NCBI GenBank assembly: GCA_050950505.1
Contig: JBMNHS010000002.1
Span: 90,007-154,006 of the forward strand
Direction of reading: 5' to 3'
DNA length: 64,000 nt
DNA from: Candidatus Methanomethylophilaceae archaeon
GTDB taxonomy: Archaea > Thermoplasmatota > Thermoplasmata > Methanomassiliicoccales > Methanomethylophilaceae
The notes under the pieces were generated by a model. It ran no database searches. It worked only from the letters and a program-made list of their open reading frames with translations, and was not told the origin of the DNA. The position numbers and the translations under genes are program-made. Below are positions 59,760-64,000 of the stretch, one piece after another; position 1 is the stretch's first letter; every line of letters begins with the position of its first letter.

Positions 59760-60475
59760 TTATCCATCATTCCTTTCATTGTACAATTTATCCATATCTA
59801 CTAAGATTACGTCCCAGTTCTTGGCTTGCTTTATAAGATTCTTTTCAAACCCGGACGAAGAGAACAGAATGTAATCCCGTTTAGCATATCCTTTTACAAA
59901 GGATGCAGTTCTTTTCAGACTCTCCAAATCATTCATACCCGCCGGTGTGGACTTGAACTCACAACTGCCGAACAGCACGTTTGACGTATTGTCGATGCAG
60001 TCGATGGCAACTATATCAATCTCAGTGTCCGTCTTAAGTTCAGAATCGGACCTCCCCCATTTGCCCACAGTACGGTATTCGGTGTTCATTACCACATATT
60101 GTTTGCAGATTTCTTCGAATCGCTTTCCATAAATTCCGGAAGCATTTTTTTAATATTTTTACAGGCACCCCCGGAATCGTAAGACCGTACGTAAGAGAGA
60201 ACCCCTTCCAACACCCCATGTCTGAATCTAAAAATGCCGTCGTTCAATTCGTAAACTGCTCTTCTGCGTGAATCGGACATATGGGACTCTCTTCTGACCA
60301 TACCAACGGACATCGGTTGCGATATAGTGTTTGAACAGGTTCCTTTTTCTATTCCGGTGGTCTCGGATATTTCCTTGATTTGTGTTTTACCATTAGCCAG
60401 TGCAGAAATTATGGACATTGGTATCGATGAATTCGGAAACTCCTGTCGTATCAGATTTGCAGATTCTTCCAACAA
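59760..60475 (-). pseudogene. Second C-terminal fragment of COG1672/DUF234 ATPase, frameshifted near 60125
   Basis: Clearly homologous to 56970-57665; split over two frames. Confidence 0.82.
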
Positions 60476-60659
60476 TCCGGATGAGGGTTAGGGAAAGTTT
60501 TCGATTATGGATTCTTCAAAAGTATCATACTGAGACAGCCATTTCAAAGACTGAAAAACGTAAACACGGTAAATATCGATTTAATGTCAGATATCAATAC
60601 TATTATAATCGCATCCTATGTTTTATTTTAAGGCATTTCAACTCTGCGGGAGATAAAAA

Positions 60660-61064
60660 ATGAACAATCGAACCAAATTCATCGTCTACTTCATCGGCCT
60701 GTTTATAGTTGCAGCAGGTACGGCCAATCTGATTGCAGATCTGATAATCTCGGATTTCAACTATTCCGGCGAGGTCGTTCTGCCGAATATGATTCTTGTT
60801 ATTTCCGGTTAGATTTTGCTGATTGCCGGTATATTTCTGGTAAAGGCGCTTACGAGGGATTTGTTCTTTTTCTCAATGCTCATTGTATCCGTCATAACCC
60901 TGGCATCGTTCATAGTCAAGATATTCTTCAATCCTGATTTCCTTACCGAGTTTGTCATCGCCGGCGCAGTATCGGCTATTATTGCCGCAATGTTGCACTT
61001 CGTATCCTTGAGAATCGGCGCATATGATACACTGAGCAAACTGGATTACCGAAACGAACGATAA
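60660..61064 (+). CDS. 4-TM membrane protein with in-frame TAG at 60810-60812 (Pyl read-through or pseudogene)
   Basis: ATG 60660 preceded by GGGAGA; 50 sense codons, TAG, then in frame with the 60816-61064 ORF. Confidence 0.7.
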
Positions 61065-61123
61065 TTCAAGTTATCCAAGATATCCTAATCAATCGATACA
61101 ATCGTGGCAATGGATTTTTTTAA

Positions 61124-61738
61124 TCAACCGATACACATTCTGCATGTATTTTTCGTTATGTCAACGACAATCATCCATACCATGAACAGAATAACAAAGA
61201 TCGGTTCGACGAAAGCCAACGGGGTCAGTGCTATCAACACCACACCGGTCACCAAAATAGCGAAAGTCAAAATTGCCACGTGGCAGTTTCTCCTTCTTCT
61301 GGAGTATATCATATAGATTATCATGATGATATATAACGTTCCAAAGAACAGCCAGGTGAATATGCTGTGAAGGATTCCGTAATCCATGGTGAACACGCCT
61401 ACGCCAATCAGAAACACGCCTGCCGGTATAAGGGCACAGAAAGCGTACTTCTTGAGGACAGTTTCGGTTTCACGGCCTTCCATGTATCCGTACAAGCTGA
61501 TACACACACCTGTGACCACACAGCCGGCAAAGAACAGATATTTGGCGAAGGTGTCTGAAATACCCAATTCGCTCATTGTGTTAACGCCGAAAATCCAGGA
61601 GCGGTCAATCAGAGCTCCGGCTATCCAACATACGGCAAAAAACAAAATCCCGATGTAGAGCACGCACGATGAACGTCCAAGTTCAGAGAAACGCATGAAG
61701 CCCGATGGATTTTTCAGAGTATAAGATGTTCTGTTCAC
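61124..61738 (-). CDS. DUF998-like membrane protein
   Basis: NTMSELG, GVGVF...LH....LFF; multiple TM segments. Confidence 0.7.
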   Translation of the reverse strand: MNRTSYTLKNPSGFMRFSELGRSSCVLYIGILFFAVCWIAGALIDRSWIFGVNTMSELGISDTFAKYLFFAGCVVTGVCISLYGYMEGRETETVLKKYAFCALIPAGVFLIGVGVFTMDYGILHSIFTWLFFGTLYIIMIIYMIYSRRRRNCHVAILTFAILVTGVVLIALTPLAFVEPIFVILFMVWMIVVDITKNTCRMCIG

Positions 61739-61841
61739 GTTGAAAATAAAAAACCCGCATACTTACAGAGTTAAAGGGAAAAGGTTAGCAAATTATGGAT
61801 AATTATTAAATTCAACTCCGTTATGTTCCGTTCAAGGTCAT

Positions 61842-63083
61842 ATGAAAACAGCACTGATCATCTTCGTGATAACGTATGCGCTGATATCGGTGCGCGGTGG
61901 CAAAAGAATCAAGATCAGCCGTTCTAACGCGGCTCTCTTGGGCGGCGTCGCAATGATTCTGTTCGGAGTTGTTTCCTTAACCTCTGCTTTTGAATCCATC
62001 AATTTCAATCTGATTTTCCTGCTTTTGGGGATGATGTCTCTTGCAATAGGATTGGAATATTGCGGACTTTTCGAAATAATATCAAATCGGGTCACTTCCA
62101 AAGTTCCCCCCGGGCCCAAATTACTTGCCGTCGTCATGGCGCTGAGTGCGATGTTCGCCGCTTTAATCATGAATGATGCAACCGCGCTGCTTCTGACGCC
62201 GGTGGTAATCCGTGCCTGTATGTCTTTGGATGCGGATCCGTTGCCTTATTTGATGGGGACGATGATGGGTGCGAACATAGGCAGTCTTTCGACGGCGGTC
62301 GGAAATCCGAAAAATGCATTCATTGTTTCCGAATCAGGAATATCATTCATCGACTTTACTTTGCATCAGTTACCCATCGTTCTTATCAGCCTTCCTATTG
62401 TTTTTTTCATACTTGCGATGGTATTCCGTAAAAGACTGAAGGCTAAAGTAATAACAGAAAACAACGATGATGAGGTACTGAACTTGGATAAAACCCGTCT
62501 TATATTTCTGTCGATTGTTTCGATCTTCACTTTCATCGGTTTCATTTTAAGTTCCATGCTGGGTATATCTCTTTGCATCCCCGCAGTAATCGCAGGTTTG
62601 ATTTCCGTAGCCGTGATTTTATCCAAAGACCGCAAAAGGACCAAATGGATAATTCACAAGATTGATTGGCATATTCCGGTGTTTTTTATCGGTCTTTTTA
62701 TACTTATGGACGGTGTCGCCACTTCCGGCCTTTTGGACAAAATAGCAGATTTAATTCCCGGGTTCGGTCCGGGCGAAATCCCGTCATACGCGGCTACATC
62801 GGCATTGGTATTATTGTTGGCAAATCTTATTAGCAATTTGCCCGCGATAGTTTTGATCATCAACATAGTTCCGCAGACCGATATGTTCTTTTACACCTTG
62901 TCCGCCTCCGCCACTTTGGCAGGAAACGCGACTTTGCTCGGATCTGCATGTAACATAATAGTGTCCGAAAAGGCGGCTGCAAAAGGTATCGATATCAACT
63001 TCTGGAAACATATGTCAATCGGCATACCCGTAACTTTCATAACTATCGCCATTCAGTTATTGGTCCATTCAGTTATTTTCTGA
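61842..63083 (+). CDS. ArsB/NhaD/SLC13-type anion permease
   Basis: LLLGMM, MNDAT, ANIGS..TAVGNPKN, IDW, ISNLPA, TLAGNATLLGSACN. Confidence 0.9.
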   Translation: MKTALIIFVITYALISVRGGKRIKISRSNAALLGGVAMILFGVVSLTSAFESINFNLIFLLLGMMSLAIGLEYCGLFEIISNRVTSKVPPGPKLLAVVMALSAMFAALIMNDATALLLTPVVIRACMSLDADPLPYLMGTMMGANIGSLSTAVGNPKNAFIVSESGISFIDFTLHQLPIVLISLPIVFFILAMVFRKRLKAKVITENNDDEVLNLDKTRLIFLSIVSIFTFIGFILSSMLGISLCIPAVIAGLISVAVILSKDRKRTKWIIHKIDWHIPVFFIGLFILMDGVATSGLLDKIADLIPGFGPGEIPSYAATSALVLLLANLISNLPAIVLIINIVPQTDMFFYTLSASATLAGNATLLGSACNIIVSEKAAAKGIDINFWKHMSIGIPVTFITIAIQLLVHSVIF

Positions 63084-63164
63084 AAACGGTTTCATTTGAC
63101 GGATACGTATTGTATAAACAAATGATAACCCGTATAATTTAGTTTATCATTATTAATTAATGTA

Positions 63165-63488
63165 ATTAACGTAATACATTTATTAATTATCGATGATTAG
63201 TTTTTTTAGAATTTTTCTAAAATTAAGCCCGGTTTAGTTGCAAATAAGAACATTGAAGCTCACAATCAGGAATCAAGTAGATTTGTGTTGTATTGCCTTT
63301 GATTTGATGATATGGCTTGTGATAAATCATTACTGTCAAAGGAATCGGTGAGGTTATGAAAATCATTCTTAGTTTGAGGTATTTCTCAGGAGTGTATGAA
63401 TTTTAAAAATTGTATTGAAAGTACCGATTTTCAAAGTATATTGCACTCGAAACGATGTATAGGTAATTAATAAATGTATTACATTAAT
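63165..63488. repeat. 25-bp inverted repeat pair (63165-63189 / 63464-63488) in AT-rich non-coding DNA
   Basis: ATTAACGTAATACATTTATTAATTA versus the reverse complement of the second arm; 1 mismatch. Confidence 0.75.
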
Positions 63489-64000
63489 CAAATTTATTAA
63501 TTATGGTAAATTACTTTTGGTTTATTCTGAAAGAGTTTTTTCATCATTTGCACCGGGTTTATCAAAAAATCAAAAATTCCATGTCCATAACATGTTTTTT
63601 TCATCACCGGAAGTGAGATTCAAAGTCATTTTTTTATGATTTTTCAACTTTCCAAATTTTAACCGTTTAGTCTAGCCTTTTTGACCTCAAAATGGTAAAG
63701 TTAAGTTGACATTCGGGGAGCCGTCGTGGACAAAATATAGGGAAAAACAGGAAAAAAACAAGGTTTTCAGCAAAAAACACATTTTTCACATTCGTGATCA
63801 TAATTTTTTAAAAAAATTAGAATTTTACACCAAATATTGCGTATTTCACGGTTTCTTAAATTAATTAATGTATTACCTTAATTAGATTAATTATTTTATA
63901 AAAACCTATTTTAGAAAATATTAACATAGTTAATAACTTACATTCTGTCGGTTATTGATATTAATATATGTAATAATGCGATTAACTTAATTAATATCAA

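Noticed and set aside
63084-64000. Replication origin
   Set aside because: No ORB-like TCCA-N-TGGAAA/G-string motif and no orc1/cdc6 visible
1-64000. tRNA/rRNA genes
   Set aside because: None recognised by eye in intergenic regions; a covariance-model scan is needed to exclude them

Overview
This is an archaeal chromosome segment. Gene content (group II chaperonin, NreA with PIP box, SAMP/ThiS-like modifier, TATA promoters, BspA adhesin, dockerin-type ABC binding proteins) and near-total avoidance of TAG stops point to Thermoplasmata, most likely Methanomassiliicoccales (inference). Roughly 1-35.6 kb is mostly core: two cobQ paralogs, a bspA/SAMP locus with signs of tandem duplication and reciprocal loss, a DNA repair/defence block (DEDDh exonuclease plus a dead paralog, AddAB-like helicase-nuclease, XseAB, PARIS-like ATPase + DUF4435, NreA, SPL-like radical SAM), hisD, larE/larB, thermosome, a cargo-less pair of serine recombinases, frameshifted htpG and aroA. 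From about 35.6 kb the DNA is largely more AT-rich and accessory. It holds a nitrogenase-like system (NifH + NifH-NifD fusion + NifK-like) wrapped around a metal-chelate ABC importer, a MarR/ABC exporter, a 41-bp-period palindrome array, an IS481 with matching subterminal hairpins, a second chelate importer with a methyltransferase, decayed ATPase/IS1634 fragments, a membrane gene with an in-frame amber codon, and an AT-rich tail with inverted repeats. The best candidate for an undescribed system is the nitrogenase-like reductase plus importer. All family assignments come from motif recognition by eye, not database searches.
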